Of a stretch of DNA of 5,032 nt, positions 4,440 through 5,032 are shown in pieces. Where the stretch lies: IMG/VR virus record IMGVR_UViG_3300020030_000096, positions 1 to 5,032 of that record. The stretch is one strand, 5' to 3'. Below the pieces are notes generated by a model. It was given only the letters and a program-made list of their open reading frames with translations. It searched no databases and was not told where the DNA came from. Within the stretch, counting starts at the first letter, position 1. Each line of letters begins with the position of its first letter. Made by a program: the position numbers and the translations under genes. Origin of the DNA: a virus.

Positions 4440-4883
4440 TTACCCGTTGTTGTCAGAAGAAGACGGTTTAACATCATCAGCGGACGCTGCAGAAGCAGTA
4501 GGCTCAGGAGTCTTAGCTTCCTCAGGAGCGACAAAACCAAGCTCTTCAAGCTTAGATTTTTGCACAGGATCATTAAGCGCGTGAAGGAATTCAGAAGGTG
4601 AGTTATTAAACGAAGCACGAACATGAGAAGGAAGGCTTTCAAAGTATTCAGTTGCACGAGCAACAGCATTCTGAGCAGTCTGAAAATCTGTGACATCAGA
4701 AAAGTCACCAAACTGAATTGGGCGCTTCGGTGAAAAAGGATCAGTCAAAAAACCGGTCTCAGCATACTTTTGCAAGATATTGTCGATCATGGTCTCATCT
4801 TTAAAGTGCTGCTGAGTCATCGACGGTTCAGTAAAGACAATGCCTTCAGCGGTAGCGTTTGTGTGATTAATTTTGAACTTCAT
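4440..4883 (-). CDS. VP3: VP3 internal scaffolding protein (147 aa)
   Basis: From ATG 4883-4881, preceded by GGAG (SD) with a 5-nt spacer. The sequence ...TQQHFKDETMIDNILQKYAETG...FGDFSDVTDFQTAQNAV..A.EYFESLPSHVRASFNNSPSEFL... matches the chlamydiaphage/gokushovirus VP3 scaffold pattern (Q.FKDE.DIN.I..K....G; FGDF...D...A; F..LP...R..F.N.P..FL). The 48-codon upstream extension in the ORF track crosses a terminator hairpin and the circular junction and is not credible. Confidence 0.88.
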   Translation of the reverse strand: MKFKINHTNATAEGIVFTEPSMTQQHFKDETMIDNILQKYAETGFLTDPFSPKRPIQFGDFSDVTDFQTAQNAVARATEYFESLPSHVRASFNNSPSEFLHALNDPVQKSKLEELGFVAPEEAKTPEPTASAASADDVKPSSSDNNG

Positions 4884-4896
4884 ATAAGCTCCATAT

Positions 4897-4924
4897 AAAA
4901 AAGTCCTCGCACCACGCGAGGACT
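4897..4924 (-). terminator. Rho-independent terminator after the VP5-like gene, abutting the VP3 ribosome-binding site (distal arm duplicated at 5-13)
   Basis: AGTCCTCGC (4902-4910) pairs perfectly with GCGAGGACT (4916-4924), with the 5-nt loop accac. The sense strand continues ...GGACTTTTTTATATGGAGCTTATATG, so the T-run runs straight into the VP3 SD and ATG. Confidence 0.7.
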
Positions 4925-5032
4925 GATTAGAAGAATCTCCAGTGTTGCGCCCGCGTCTGTACTTAGACTTCGGACTTAGCAGGCGCGGGCGCTTTGGTGT
5001 CCGGGTCGAACGGAGGAACGAAAGCATTTGCA
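4912..5032. repeat. Second copy of the terminal redundancy (identical to 1-121); includes a duplicate of the last 23 codons of the VP5-like gene (4963-5032) and of the GC-clamp hairpin (4947-4992)
   Basis: Exact identity with 1-121. Confidence 0.95.

Noticed and set aside
4884-5027. N-terminal 48-codon extension of the VP3 ORF (the 195-aa version in the ORF track)
   Set aside because: It runs through the terminator hairpin, the intergenic region and the duplicated junction. It is basic, low-complexity read-through sequence. A GGAG SD precedes the internal ATG at 4883, where the conserved VP3 sequence begins.

Overview
The window is one complete, circularly permuted genome of a Gokushovirinae-like microvirus (Microviridae, circular ssDNA). 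Bases 1-121 are identical to 4912-5032, so the unit length is 4911 nt and the extra 121 nt are assembly overlap. All credible genes lie on the minus strand, so the window is the complement of the virion/mRNA-sense strand. In sense direction (descending coordinates) the order is: VP3 internal scaffold (4883->4440); a 342-nt ORF-poor, highly structured intergenic region (4439->4098); VP1 major capsid (4097->2466); a 20-aa hydrophobic micro-ORF; VP2 pilot/minor capsid (2391->1771); a 32-aa cationic amphipathic micro-ORF; a 40-aa Arg/Lys-rich J/VP8-like DNA-binding protein (1668->1546); a 76-aa orphan ORF; VP4 HUH replication initiator (1259->342); a VP5-like protein (345->52); then two hairpins, one a terminator, leading back to VP3. 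Items worth follow-up: (1) a perfect 16-bp hairpin whose 9-nt loop carries, on the virion-sense strand, the heptamer ACTTGAT found at the phiX174 gpA nick site, flanked by 17-nt direct repeats, which I propose as the rolling-circle origin; (2) two unannotated micro-ORFs flanking VP2, one a pure transmembrane peptide with the best Shine-Dalgarno in the genome and one a cationic amphipathic peptide coupled to VP2 by ATGA, in a subfamily with no established lysis gene that I know of; (3) an orphan ORF between VP8 and VP4; (4) an intergenic segment bracketed by two intrinsic terminators. No tRNA, rRNA, CRISPR array or transposase is visible. All homology statements rest on motif recognition by eye; no searches were run.
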